41,584 nucleotides of DNA from an uncultured Pirellulales bacterium (GTDB lineage: Bacteria > Planctomycetota > Planctomycetia > Pirellulales > JALHLM01). Position 1 is the first letter of the stretch, and each line of letters opens with the position of its first letter. Made by a program: the position numbers and the translations under genes. Positions 9,352 through 19,016 of this stretch are shown piece by piece. The notes under the pieces are model-generated. The model was not told the origin of the DNA. It ran no database searches and was given only the letters and a program-made list of their open reading frames with translations. Location: NCBI GenBank assembly GCA_964618485.1, contig CAZUBB010000009.1, positions 4,425-46,008 of the forward strand, given 5' to 3'.

Positions 9352-10607
9352 GTGAGATGCGCCCCAAGGTGTTGTGTCTGACCCACCGCTTTCCTTATCC
9401 GCCGAACCGCGGGGATCGGATTCGCTCGTACCAGGTCCTGCGGTATCTCGCGGAGCGCGCGGACGTTGATCTCGCGACGCTTGCGGATGAGACGCCGGCC
9501 GACGCGCACGTCGCGAAGCTGACGCGGCTTTGTCGCCGGATGGTTGTCAAGCCGATTGGACGCTGGCGCTGGGCGCATGCCGCCGGTCAGGCGCTCATGG
9601 GACGTAGTGCCAGCGAGGGATTGTTCTTGTCGACTTCGCTGCGACGCGAAATCCGGGAGTGGACTGCCGAAACGCAGTATGACGCGGCCGTAGTCGTTTG
9701 TTCGGGGATGGCGCCGTACGTACGGGCGTTTCAACGGCCGCCCCGGCGGACGATTGTCGATCTGGTCGATGTGGACAGTCAAAAGTGGCTGGATTATGCG
9801 GAATCGGCGCCGCGGCCGGCAAAGTGGTTGTTCGGACTGGAAGGTCAACGGCTGCGCCGGCTGGAGCGCTCGCTGGCAGAAGGCGTCGACGCGGTGACGC
9901 TTGTGAGCGAACTGGAACGAAAGCTGTTCGAAACCTTTTGCCCCAACAGTCGCGCCTTGTCGGTCATTAATGGCGTCGACATGAAGTACTTTCAACCCAT
10001 TGATGCCGTGGAAGCGGAAACCTCCGTGGTGTTCGTCGGAGCCCTCGACTACCGGGCGAATGTGTTGGGAATTCGTTGGTTCGTCGAAAACGTTTGGCCG
10101 TCACTCAAGAACGCGGTCCCCTCGGCGAGCCTAAGTATTGTCGGCCGCAAGCCGACTCCTCAGGTTCGCAGCCTCGAGCAATCGCCGGGTGTGCGCGTGT
10201 TCGGAGACGTGGCCGACGTGCGGCCGCACTTGGGCCGGGCGGCCGTGGCGATCGCTCCCTTGCAGGTCGCCCGCGGCATTCAAAACAAGGTGCTGGAAGC
10301 GATGGCGATGGCCAAATCGGTGGTCGCTTCGCCGCAGGCGCTGGAAGGGATTTCTGCAATCGACGACGTGCATGTTTGCGTCGCCGACAAGGCGGAACAC
10401 TGGGTCGAGCAGATCCTGCGACTTTGGCGGCAGCCGGAGTCGCGGCAGGTGATGGGGCGGCAAGCCCGACAGTTCGTCGAGGACGAGCATTGCTGGAGCG
10501 CCTGTTTGTCGCCGTTGGAGGAGTTGCTCGATTTGCCGCCGGCCCATGGAAGGCCGGTGCGCGCGAACTCCTCGCTGGCGTCGAGCGTTCAAGCGGTCAA
10601 CGGCTGA
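9348..10607 (+). CDS. GT4 glycosyltransferase, PEP-CTERM/EpsH1-system associated type (stp1-like)
   Basis: The N-terminus KVLCLTHRFPYPPNRGDRIRSYQVLRYLA matches the family motif (H-R-x-P-Y-P-P-x-x-G-D-x-I-R). The C-terminal GT-B half carries GIQNKVLEAMAMAKSVVAS. ATG 9348 forms an ATGA overlap with the upstream stop (9349-9351). The 9009 start in the ORF track is an out-of-context extension. Confidence 0.85.
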   Translation: MSEMRPKVLCLTHRFPYPPNRGDRIRSYQVLRYLAERADVDLATLADETPADAHVAKLTRLCRRMVVKPIGRWRWAHAAGQALMGRSASEGLFLSTSLRREIREWTAETQYDAAVVVCSGMAPYVRAFQRPPRRTIVDLVDVDSQKWLDYAESAPRPAKWLFGLEGQRLRRLERSLAEGVDAVTLVSELERKLFETFCPNSRALSVINGVDMKYFQPIDAVEAETSVVFVGALDYRANVLGIRWFVENVWPSLKNAVPSASLSIVGRKPTPQVRSLEQSPGVRVFGDVADVRPHLGRAAVAIAPLQVARGIQNKVLEAMAMAKSVVASPQALEGISAIDDVHVCVADKAEHWVEQILRLWRQPESRQVMGRQARQFVEDEHCWSACLSPLEELLDLPPAHGRPVRANSSLASSVQAVNG

Positions 10608-10635
10608 GCCGTTCGCTGGAAGTAGCGAGTAAGCG

Positions 10636-11931
10636 ATGAAGGGGTTACTTTTTGTCTACGCCTTGACGTACGGCGGCGCCGTTTTGGCGCTGTTCCGGCC
10701 GTTTTACGGCGTCGTGATCTACCTCTGCTTCGCCTGCCTGCGGCCGGAACACCTCTGGCATTGGTCGGTGCCGGCCGGAAACTATAGTCGCACGGTGGCC
10801 ATCGCCACGCTGATTGGCTGGGCGTTCGCAGGCTTCGGGAACTGGAATCTCGGCGCCGCCCGTAGCGTCATGGTAACGCTGCTGTGCTATTGGGGCTGGA
10901 TCGTACTTAGTGCCGCGTTCGCGGCGAACCAGCAGGTTGCGTGGTCGTACGTGACGCTGCATACGAAGATCATTCTTCCGGTAATTGTTGGCATGACACT
11001 AGTGCAAAACGTGCAGCAATTGAAGTTGATCGCCCGAGTGATTGTCGCCAGTCTGGGATTTCTCGCGTTGCAGGGAAACTTGGACTACTTCGCCGGCGGT
11101 CACCTGGTCCGGCTCTACGGTTTTGCCGAGATGGACAATAACAGCTTTTGCATCGCGATGGTGGCGGGAGCGGGCGTGGCGTTTTTTCTGGGCCTTTCCG
11201 AGTCGAACGTGTTCTTGAAAGGCGGCGCATTCGGCGCGGCGCTGCTTATGGCCCACGTGCCGATGTTCGGAAATTCTCGCGGCGGCATGCTGGGGCTGAT
11301 CACGGCGGGAATCATGGCGTTCGCCATATTGCCGAAGAGGCCGGCCTACCTGGCCGTTTGGCTGTGCGGCATTCTGGTGTGTGCGCGTTTGGCAGGCCCC
11401 GAGGTAGTCGAGCGATTCGGCACAACGTTCGCTTCGGAAGAAAATCGCGACGCGTCGGCACAGAGTCGCATCGAACTTTGGAAGGATTGCTGGGATGTGA
11501 TGAAGAAGAATCCCGTGACTGGCGCGGGGCCGGACCACTGGCCGCTGCTCGCCTCCAGCTACGGTTGGCCGCCGGGAAAGGAGGCGCACTCGCTGTGGTT
11601 TAACGCGGGAGCGGAGCTGGGTTTTCCCGGCGTGCTGCTGCTGTTCTCGTTCTACTTCCTGGCCATGCGGAATAGTTGGCGATTGGCCCAGGCTTCCGAC
11701 TTGCCGGATCTCTGGCTGCGCGATGCTGGCCGCATGACCGTTGTGGGGCTGGCGTCCTTCCTGGTTTCCGCTTCCTTCGTGGCGCTCGATGCGCTGGAAG
11801 TGCCGTATTACATCGCGATGCTGGGCGCCGGCGCAACGGCTGTCGCCAGCCGCGGCGCTGCGGTGGAACAACTCGATGAGCGTACTTCCTTTTTTGAGAC
11901 AACGCGTTCGCCAGCTGCCGCCAGCGGATAG
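10636..11931 (+). CDS. O-antigen ligase/polymerase-like (Wzy_C) multi-pass membrane protein, exosortase-locus 'O-glycosylation ligase' type
   Basis: 431 aa with about 10 or more hydrophobic spans. It has NSRGGMLGL and the periplasmic-loop motif RIELWKDCW...NPVTGAGPDHW...EAHSLWFNAGAELGFPGVLLL typical of Wzy_C proteins. Confidence 0.8.
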   Translation: MKGLLFVYALTYGGAVLALFRPFYGVVIYLCFACLRPEHLWHWSVPAGNYSRTVAIATLIGWAFAGFGNWNLGAARSVMVTLLCYWGWIVLSAAFAANQQVAWSYVTLHTKIILPVIVGMTLVQNVQQLKLIARVIVASLGFLALQGNLDYFAGGHLVRLYGFAEMDNNSFCIAMVAGAGVAFFLGLSESNVFLKGGAFGAALLMAHVPMFGNSRGGMLGLITAGIMAFAILPKRPAYLAVWLCGILVCARLAGPEVVERFGTTFASEENRDASAQSRIELWKDCWDVMKKNPVTGAGPDHWPLLASSYGWPPGKEAHSLWFNAGAELGFPGVLLLFSFYFLAMRNSWRLAQASDLPDLWLRDAGRMTVVGLASFLVSASFVALDALEVPYYIAMLGAGATAVASRGAAVEQLDERTSFFETTRSPAAASG

Positions 11932-11944
11932 CCTGACATACCTG

Positions 11945-13756
11945 ATGACGTCATCATTCCAGTCACTCTTGAGTTCTGAACCTCGCGCGACGTGCGAGCG
12001 CGGCGCCTTGCGCGAGTTGCGCATTCCGTTTAGCGTTTGCAATCCGACGAGCGTGCGGCGATTGGGAGAGCCGGTCGCGCTAGGGGTGCCGCTGCCCCGA
12101 GGAGTCGCGCATCAGATCGATGCGGCGTTCGTCGACAAGATGGATGGCGAACCCGCCGTGCCGTGCCAAATTGAACAACTGGCACGCTGGAACGACGGCA
12201 GCGTGAAATGGAGTCTGGCGACGTTCTTCGCTGATACCGAGGCCGGCGCGCCGACGCCGTGCGAATTGCGCTTGGTATGCCATTCCGCCGACGATAACTC
12301 ACTCCAAACCGGCCGGACGGAAGGCCTGTCTCCTGCGGCCACGGTGAAGCTGACTTCGAACGTCATCGAGATCTCTGAGCGGGAATTCATCGACGGTCCG
12401 AGCTTCAGCGGCGCCGCGATGCGATTGCCTCGACAGGGGAGTCGGCTGATGGCCGCCATCCAGTGCGGAGGAGAACAGGTCCTCTCGCCTGAGGGATTGA
12501 GTATCGAGTGCATTGACGCGCGCGGAAAACTCCGAGCGTTTTCCATCGAGGAAATGTCCGTCGAACAGAACGGCCCGGTGGCCTGCGTCGCGCGTTTTTG
12601 CGGGCGGTTTCCACGGTGTGGCGGATTGCGAGCTTCCGGTCGAATTACGTTGTTCGCCGCCAAGGGACTCATGCGAATCGAAGTGACGCTGGAGAACCCT
12701 GCACGAGCCAGGCATCGTGGCGGATGCTGGGATCTGGGCGATGCAGGATCGGTTCACCTTCGCGGGTGGCGGCTGTCGGTGCATCTGGCGAGCCGCATCA
12801 AGTCGGTTGCCTGGCAGGAGACCGCGGAGACTGCTGAGTACCGCGCCGCGGGCGACGCATTCTCGATTCATCAACGCTCAAGCGGCGGTGAGAACTGGAA
12901 TTCGCGGAATCACTTGGATGCGGCGCAGGCGGTCACTGCCCAGGCGCCTGGCTATCGGGTCACAACGGGGCCCAACGAGCGCACGGGCGAACGGGCATCG
13001 CCGACGCTCAGTGTCGAATACGGCGATCTGCGACTCAGCGGGGCGCTGCTGGACTTTTGGGAGAAGTTTCCGAGCGGGCTCCGTTGCCGCGAGAATCATC
13101 TCTACGCCGAGCTGTGGCCTGAGCAAGAGAACCTGTTGCATGAGCTGCAAGGCGGGGAGCACACGACGCGCGTCGTCTGGCTGCGATTCGCTGCGATGGA
13201 TGAGCAATCCGGCGCGGCGCTGTCCTGGGTTCACGAACCGTCACTCGCCAAGGTGTCTCCTGATTGGACGTCGGAGTGCGAAGTGATTCCGTGGTTCCCG
13301 GGCGAGGACATCCCTCGGCGCGACGCGTACCGACAGGTAGTTAGCGCATCGCTTGACGGGCCGCGCAACTTCTTCGCGAAGCGGGAAGCGATCGACGAAT
13401 TCGGCTGGCGCAACTTCGGCGACGTCTGGGCCGATCACGAAGCAGCCTACTACCAGGGCGCTCCGCCGATCATTTCGCATTACAACAATCAGTACGACGC
13501 GCTGTACAGTTTCTTGGTCCAGTATCTGCTGACCGGCGACCGGCGGTGGTGGGAACTGGCTGATCCTCTCGCGCGGCATGTGATGGACATTGACGTCTAT
13601 CATACGGACCGCGACAAGTCGGCGTATTGCGGCGGCATGTTCTGGCATACGGCCCACTATCAAGACGCTGGGGCCTGCACGCATCGCACCTATGGACGCA
13701 CCATGGGTGGTGCGAGCGGCGGCCCCGCGAACGAGCAGCAACGCAGAGATCAATAA
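11945..13756 (+). CDS. N-terminal ~600-aa part of a large glycan-active (PcRGLX/PL26-like?) enzyme, interrupted by a frameshift
   Basis: The ORF frame is open from 11741; ATG 11945 is the first start after the upstream stop (11929-11931). Motifs: GEPVALGVPLPRG...PCQIEQLARWNDGSVKWSL, GWRNFGDVWADHE, HYNNQYD, YHTDRDKSAYCGGMFWHTAHY. It ends at TAA 13754-13756 while the +1 frame continues as the next ORF. Coding status is firm; family assignment is tentative. Confidence 0.6.
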   Translation: MTSSFQSLLSSEPRATCERGALRELRIPFSVCNPTSVRRLGEPVALGVPLPRGVAHQIDAAFVDKMDGEPAVPCQIEQLARWNDGSVKWSLATFFADTEAGAPTPCELRLVCHSADDNSLQTGRTEGLSPAATVKLTSNVIEISEREFIDGPSFSGAAMRLPRQGSRLMAAIQCGGEQVLSPEGLSIECIDARGKLRAFSIEEMSVEQNGPVACVARFCGRFPRCGGLRASGRITLFAAKGLMRIEVTLENPARARHRGGCWDLGDAGSVHLRGWRLSVHLASRIKSVAWQETAETAEYRAAGDAFSIHQRSSGGENWNSRNHLDAAQAVTAQAPGYRVTTGPNERTGERASPTLSVEYGDLRLSGALLDFWEKFPSGLRCRENHLYAELWPEQENLLHELQGGEHTTRVVWLRFAAMDEQSGAALSWVHEPSLAKVSPDWTSECEVIPWFPGEDIPRRDAYRQVVSASLDGPRNFFAKREAIDEFGWRNFGDVWADHEAAYYQGAPPIISHYNNQYDALYSFLVQYLLTGDRRWWELADPLARHVMDIDVYHTDRDKSAYCGGMFWHTAHYQDAGACTHRTYGRTMGGASGGPANEQQRRDQ

Positions 13757-14717
13757 GAACAGGGCCTTCTCCTCCGGCTTGCTGCTCTACTACTACTTAA
13801 CGGGCGATCGGCGTGCGCGCGACACGGTACAGCGTTTGGGGGACTGGATCATCGCACTCGACGATGGGGCGAGACATCCCTTCGGTCTTGCGTGCGATCA
13901 GCCCACGGGACATGCCTCGAGCACCGCTACGCCTTCGTACCATGGACCGGGTCGAGGGGCAGGTAACGCCATCGGCGTCTTGCTTGACGCCTGGCAGTTA
14001 GGCGGCGAGGAGCGTTATCTGGACTTCGCCCACGCGCTAATTCGCCGGACGATTCACCCCACGGACGACATTGCCGCGCGCGATCTCAACAACTTTGAGC
14101 TGCGCTGGTCCTACAGCGTTTACCTCTGGCAACTGGCGCGCTATCTGCGAATCACGGAAGGGAACGCCAACGCCACTGAATTGCGCGAATACGTCCGAAC
14201 GAGCCTGCTCCGCTACGCGGAGTGGGTGGCGGATCGAGGCCTGTTTTCCCTGGACTTTCCTGATCAACTGGAATTTCCGACGGAGACCTGGGCAGCCCAG
14301 GAGTTGCGCAAGGGAAATGTGCTCCTGGCAGCGGGCGAGTATTGCGACGGCGCATTGCAACGGAAGCTGCGCGCGCGCGGCAAAGACATCCTCGATCAGG
14401 CGTGGGATTCGCTGCTGTCGTTTGAAACCCATTCCTATGCGCGGCCTCTAGCGATCGCGTTGCAGCAAGGATACGTGGAAAGTTATCTCCAGTCCTCGAG
14501 CGCGAGCGCGCAGAGCAGCGCGGAGAAGCCAGCGACCGCCTGGCCGGCGCCCGTGCCGTTTGTTCCGCAGAGCCAACACGTCCGGGGCATGCTGCGTTCG
14601 CCGTCGGCGTTGCTCGGCGGCATGGGGAATTTGTTAAAGCTGAGTCGTTGGAGCAATCTCGCGCGACGAAGCTGGGCCGCGGAAGCGCTTCGCCGCGCCG
14701 CGTCCGCTGTTCGCTGA
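13590..14717 (+). CDS. C-terminal ~320-aa part of the same frameshifted enzyme (alpha-helical repeat region)
   Basis: The +1 frame relative to the previous ORF overlaps it over 13590-13756. Meaningful sequence begins around 13740 (NKNRAFSSGLLLYYYLTGDRRARDTVQRLGDWIIALDDG). If expressed separately, likely starts are ATG 13692 or GTG 13707. Confidence 0.55.
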   Translation: MTSIIRTATSRRIAAACSGIRPTIKTLGPARIAPMDAPWVVRAAAPRTSSNAEINKNRAFSSGLLLYYYLTGDRRARDTVQRLGDWIIALDDGARHPFGLACDQPTGHASSTATPSYHGPGRGAGNAIGVLLDAWQLGGEERYLDFAHALIRRTIHPTDDIAARDLNNFELRWSYSVYLWQLARYLRITEGNANATELREYVRTSLLRYAEWVADRGLFSLDFPDQLEFPTETWAAQELRKGNVLLAAGEYCDGALQRKLRARGKDILDQAWDSLLSFETHSYARPLAIALQQGYVESYLQSSSASAQSSAEKPATAWPAPVPFVPQSQHVRGMLRSPSALLGGMGNLLKLSRWSNLARRSWAAEALRRAASAVR

Positions 14718-14727
14718 AACGTAACGA

Positions 14728-15954
14728 ATGACCATTCGATCCACACAACCGACGGTCTGCCACGTGTTGCTGTCGCTCGACGTCGGCGGGGCCGAAGTCT
14801 TGGCGCGGCAGTTCGCGCAGTCGCTTCAGGAGCAATTCCGACCGGTGTTCGCGCGCCTCGACAGCCAGGGAGCGCTGGGAGACGCCCTACAGCGCGACGG
14901 CGTGCCGATTTGCGTGCTGAATCGTCAACCGGGCATTGATGCGCGCTGCGCGTGGCGGTTGGGGCGTTGGTTGAAGAAGCAGAAGGTCAGTCTGATTCAT
15001 GCCCATCAGTATACTCCGTTCTTTTACTCGGCGCTGGCACGCACCGCGACCGGCGGAACCCCCATCCTGTTCACGGAACACGGGCGTCACCATCCCGATC
15101 AAAGGAGCTCGCGCCGAGTTTGGGCGAATCGCCTGTTGACGCGCTCGGGCGACCGGATCATCGCCGTCAGCGAGCATGTCCGCGAAGCGCTCATTGCCAA
15201 CGAAGGTTTCGCTCCGAACCGGGTGAGCGTCATTCAGAACGGCGTGAGCGAAGATGTATTTCGCGCTGACGTTGCGGCCCGATGCGACGTGCGACGCGAG
15301 CTGGGTTACAGTGACCAAGACGAGGTCATCATCCAGGTCGCGCGGCTGAACCGCCTTAAGGATCATGCCACGGCGATTCGCGCGATCGATTTGCTGCGGG
15401 CGTCGAGGCCGCAAGTCCGGTTGCTACTCGCCGGGGATGGCGAGCTGCGTGGGGAACTCGAAAGCCTGGTCGCCGAGCTCGGACTCGGCTCGATCGTCCG
15501 TTTCCTGGGCACGCGCAGCGATGTGCCGCGGTTACTGCAGGCTGCCGATGTGTTCTTGCTGAGCAGCATCTCCGAGGGGATTCCGTTGACGCTGGTCGAG
15601 GCCATGTTGACCGGAGTGCCATGCGTTGCCACACGAGTTGGCGGAGTTCCGGAAGTCATTCGGGATGAAGTCGACGGGTTGCTGGCAAACGCGGGCGACG
15701 CAGCGCAGTTGGCTGGCCAACTGCGGCGACTGCTCGACGACGGCGCGTTCCGCCGACAAATCGCCAGGAACGGAACGGAGCGCGCCCAATCGCAGTTTGG
15801 CGCCGGCGCGATGATTTCTCAGTACGCGCATGTTTATCACGAAATGCTACGGACCGGACCTTCAATCCTCACGCAACGTAATGACAAAGCTCGCGTGACT
15901 TTGGAGCCATCGGCGCCGGCGTCCCTGCAAATGAGCGGCAGCGAGGCTATCTGA
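14728..15954 (+). CDS. GT4 glycosyltransferase (stp2-like, PEP-CTERM/EpsH1-system associated type)
   Basis: The N-terminus VCHVLLSLDVGGAEVLARQFAQSL...SLIHAHQY and the C-terminal sequence SSISEGIPLTLVEAMLTGVPCVATRVGGVPEVI (E-x7-E region) are typical of GT4 retaining transferases. Confidence 0.85.
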   Translation: MTIRSTQPTVCHVLLSLDVGGAEVLARQFAQSLQEQFRPVFARLDSQGALGDALQRDGVPICVLNRQPGIDARCAWRLGRWLKKQKVSLIHAHQYTPFFYSALARTATGGTPILFTEHGRHHPDQRSSRRVWANRLLTRSGDRIIAVSEHVREALIANEGFAPNRVSVIQNGVSEDVFRADVAARCDVRRELGYSDQDEVIIQVARLNRLKDHATAIRAIDLLRASRPQVRLLLAGDGELRGELESLVAELGLGSIVRFLGTRSDVPRLLQAADVFLLSSISEGIPLTLVEAMLTGVPCVATRVGGVPEVIRDEVDGLLANAGDAAQLAGQLRRLLDDGAFRRQIARNGTERAQSQFGAGAMISQYAHVYHEMLRTGPSILTQRNDKARVTLEPSAPASLQMSGSEAI

Positions 15955-15961
15955 CGGTACG

Positions 15962-17185
15962 ATGCGGATCTTGTTCCTATCCGAAGCGTTTCCCTTCCCG
16001 TTGCACGACGGCGGAAACCTGCGCACCTACCACCTGTTGCGCGGGCTGGCGTCGCGCCACGACGTCTGCTTGTTGTCGCACGCTCCGCGAAAGCCGAGCG
16101 ACACGGCCGCGTTGTCGGATGTTTGCCGCGTGGTGGAGGCGCCTTCTCGGCCGAAATTGCGCCGCATCGCTGCAAATGCTCTGCGACCGGGAGGTTGGCG
16201 GCAGCCGTTTTTCTTGTGGAAGAACCGCGCCCAGGCTTTGCTGGACGCCGCATCGCGATTGCTTCAAACGGAAGGTTTCGACGCGATTCATTTCAATCAC
16301 CTGGACACGGCGTGCTTTGCCGTGGAGCGCCGCTGGACGCAGAGGCAGGTGTTCGATTCGCACAACTGCCTCTCGGCGATGACCGCCCGCATGCGGACCG
16401 GCGAAAACACCCGGCTGAAGGCAGCGCATCTGGCCCGGGAATACGCGGCGCTACGCGACCTGGAAGCGACAGTCTGCCGCCGCATGGATGTCACGTTGAC
16501 CTGCTCGGTTCAGGACGCCGAATCGTTTCGTCGCCTGTACTCGGCGGCCCGCACCGAGGTCGTGCCCAACGGGGTCGACTGTGATTACTTTCAACCAGGC
16601 GATGCCGCCGCGGAAGAAGCAGGCGCCCTCGTGTTTACCGGCACAATGGGCTATTGGCCTAATGAGCAGGCGGCGATGTACTTCTGCCGCGAAGTGCTGC
16701 CGATCCTGCGCGCCAGCGGAAAGGCGACGCGAGTCTACCTCGTGGGGCGCGATCCGTCGCCGCGCGTTCGAGCGCTTCACGACGGCCACTCGGTGATCGT
16801 CACGGGCGCCGTGGACGACGTGCGCCCCTACGTTCACCGGGCGCAGGCCGTGGTGGTGCCGTTGCATCACGGCGGCGGCACTCGACTGAAGATCCTCGAA
16901 GCGTTTGCGATGCAGAAGGCGGTGATTTCCACGTCACTCGGCGCCGAGGGGATTCCGGCGCAGCACGATCAAGAGATCCTGCTTGCGGACGACGCCGCGA
17001 GCTTCGCGCGGAGGACGCTGGACGTGCTCGACGACGCGGCGCTGCGCGATCGGTTAGGGCGTCAGGCGCGCGAGTTCGCCGTCGAGCAGTTCGATTGGCG
17101 AACGATTCAGCGTTCGCTTTACGAAGTTTACGAAAGCTTGTTCGATCGCGCGGCGTATGCAACGAGCGGGCAACATCATGAGTGA
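15962..17185 (+). CDS. GT4 glycosyltransferase
   Basis: MRILFLSEAFPFPLHDGGNLRTYHLLRGLASRHDVCLLSH resembles the stp1-type N-terminus. The C-terminal half carries GGGTRLKILEAFAMQKAVISTSLGAEGI. It starts 7 nt after the upstream gene. Confidence 0.85.
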   Translation: MRILFLSEAFPFPLHDGGNLRTYHLLRGLASRHDVCLLSHAPRKPSDTAALSDVCRVVEAPSRPKLRRIAANALRPGGWRQPFFLWKNRAQALLDAASRLLQTEGFDAIHFNHLDTACFAVERRWTQRQVFDSHNCLSAMTARMRTGENTRLKAAHLAREYAALRDLEATVCRRMDVTLTCSVQDAESFRRLYSAARTEVVPNGVDCDYFQPGDAAAEEAGALVFTGTMGYWPNEQAAMYFCREVLPILRASGKATRVYLVGRDPSPRVRALHDGHSVIVTGAVDDVRPYVHRAQAVVVPLHHGGGTRLKILEAFAMQKAVISTSLGAEGIPAQHDQEILLADDAASFARRTLDVLDDAALRDRLGRQAREFAVEQFDWRTIQRSLYEVYESLFDRAAYATSGQHHE

Positions 17186-18347
17186 ACCGCTGGTACTTCA
17201 CGTCCGCTTGGTGACCGGCACCGGCGGCGGCCCGGACAAGACGGTGCTGAACAGCCCGCGGCATTTGCGCCGCTTGGGATATGACTGCATTTGCGCCTAC
17301 TTGCATCCGCCGGGAGATCCTGGTTTCAGCGTCCTTGAGGAACGGGCGAAGAAGTGGGAGGCCCCGCTCGTATCGATCCCCGATCGCGGTCCTTGGGATC
17401 TCAAGGTGCTGTACGATTTGGCGCGGATCTGCCGCGAGCGCCGGGTGGCGATCTGGCATGCGCATGAATACAAGAGCAACGTATTTGGATTGCTCGTCCG
17501 GCGGCTGTGGCGGATGAAGTTGGTGACAACGGTGCATGGGTGGGGCGTGCACGAAGGTCGCGCTCCGCTCTATAACCGTATCGATCGCCGCGTGCTGAAA
17601 TACTACGATCACGTCGTGTCCGTTTCGGCCGACTTGCACGACGAGTGTCGGCGCTTCGGCGTGCGGCCCGAACGCAGTAGTATCATCCACAACGCGATTG
17701 ACACCGACCAATTCCGACGGACGATGACGACAGCCGCGGCGAAGCAGCAACTGCAGGCTCCTTCCGATGGCGTGCTCCTGGGGGCGATGGGGCGGCTCTC
17801 GGAGGAAAAGCGGTTCGACCTGCTGATCGACGCCGTCGCGCAACTCCGTTCGCAAGGGTTGGACGTTCATCTTTGGATCGCTGGCGAAGGGCCCGAGCGT
17901 GAAAAGCTGACGGCCAAAATTGCGGCGCATTCGCTCGGCGATACCGTGCGGTTGCTGGGCATGGTGACGGATCCGCGCGTCTGGCTGCAGGCGATCGATC
18001 TCTTCGTGCTGAGCAGCGAGCGCGAGGGGCTTCCCAACGTCGTGCTCGAGGCGATGGCCATGGAGACGCCGGTCGTCGCCACGCGGATTGCCGGCGTGCC
18101 GGGGTTGCTCAACGACGGCGACCTCGGAGTGCTCGTGGCGCCGGGTTCATCTGCGGCGCTGGCGGACGGCATCCAGTGCCAATGGGCAGACTCGGTTGCG
18201 CGGGAAAACATGGTCGCAGCGGCGTTGCAGAAAGTTCACGAGACGCACAGTTTTGAGCACCGGATGAATCGCATGGCATCTTTGTACGGGCGTCTGCTCG
18301 GACGCACCGACGCGGCCCGTCACGAACCGGTGCTCCAATCCGTATGA
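17178..18347 (+). CDS. GT4 glycosyltransferase
   Basis: GGGPDKTVLNSPRHL...IWHAHEYKSN at the N-terminus and SSEREGLPNVVLEAMAMETPVVATRIAGVPGLL (E-x7-E) at the C-terminus. ATG 17178 overlaps the upstream stop (17183-17185) by 8 nt. Confidence 0.85.
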   Translation: MSEPLVLHVRLVTGTGGGPDKTVLNSPRHLRRLGYDCICAYLHPPGDPGFSVLEERAKKWEAPLVSIPDRGPWDLKVLYDLARICRERRVAIWHAHEYKSNVFGLLVRRLWRMKLVTTVHGWGVHEGRAPLYNRIDRRVLKYYDHVVSVSADLHDECRRFGVRPERSSIIHNAIDTDQFRRTMTTAAAKQQLQAPSDGVLLGAMGRLSEEKRFDLLIDAVAQLRSQGLDVHLWIAGEGPEREKLTAKIAAHSLGDTVRLLGMVTDPRVWLQAIDLFVLSSEREGLPNVVLEAMAMETPVVATRIAGVPGLLNDGDLGVLVAPGSSAALADGIQCQWADSVARENMVAAALQKVHETHSFEHRMNRMASLYGRLLGRTDAARHEPVLQSV

Positions 18348-19012
18348 TCGCCGACGCACCTACTATTGCCGAAACCACCGAACGCATCGTCGTTGCGCCG
18401 CCCGTGCGGACGTCCATGGAACTGCGCGTGAAGCGCTTCGTGCAATTCTTGTTTGGCCTGTGGGTGGCGCCGCGCCGCCTGGTGTATCGGATCGCACGCG
18501 TCTGCTGCGGCAATCGCGCGTTTTCCGCCGCCAGCGAGTCGATCGCTCGCGTGCCGGGGATGCGGGGCGTGTACTCGCGCCAGGCCTTTTACCGGCGGAC
18601 GCTCGACCGTTGCGGGCAGGACATCTATTTCGGCTGGCTGAGCGTGTTTTCAATGCCGGAGGCGCGGATTGGCGATCGCGTTTATATCGGGCAGAAATGC
18701 AGCGTCGGCTTTGCGGACATCGGCGACGACGTGATGTTGGCCAACGGCGTGGAGATTTTGAGCGGCGGCCGCGAGCATGCCGTCCGGGGCGACGATGGCG
18801 CGGCGATGCGAGAGCAACCGCAGACGTACAGCCGCGTGCGGATCGGGCGCGGCGCGTGGATTGGCGTGAATGCGATCATCATGGCCGATGTCGGCGAACA
18901 CGCGATTGTCGGTGCAGGCGCGGTGGTGAATCGCCCCATTCCCGCACGGTGTCTGGCCGTCGGCGTGCCGGCGCGCGTAGTTCGACGTCCTTCAGATTCG
19001 AGCAGCGAGTAA
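18344..19012 (+). CDS. Hexapeptide-repeat (left-handed beta-helix) acyl/acetyltransferase
   Basis: Hexapeptide run IGDRVYIGQKCSVGFADIGDDVMLANGVEILSG ... VRIGRGAWIGVNAIIMADVGEHAIVGAGAVVNRPIPARCLAVGVPARVV. ATGA overlap with the upstream stop at 18344-18347. Confidence 0.85.
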   Translation: MIADAPTIAETTERIVVAPPVRTSMELRVKRFVQFLFGLWVAPRRLVYRIARVCCGNRAFSAASESIARVPGMRGVYSRQAFYRRTLDRCGQDIYFGWLSVFSMPEARIGDRVYIGQKCSVGFADIGDDVMLANGVEILSGGREHAVRGDDGAAMREQPQTYSRVRIGRGAWIGVNAIIMADVGEHAIVGAGAVVNRPIPARCLAVGVPARVVRRPSDSSSE

Positions 19013-19016
19013 CCCT

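Noticed and set aside
13736-13758. Programmed +1 ribosomal frameshift at the CAA-TAA junction of the split glycanase-like gene
   Set aside because: There is no slippery codon allowing P-site tRNA re-pairing (CAA to AAU) and no obvious upstream SD-like stimulator as in prfB. An indel or sequencing error is more parsimonious. This remains testable as described in the findings.
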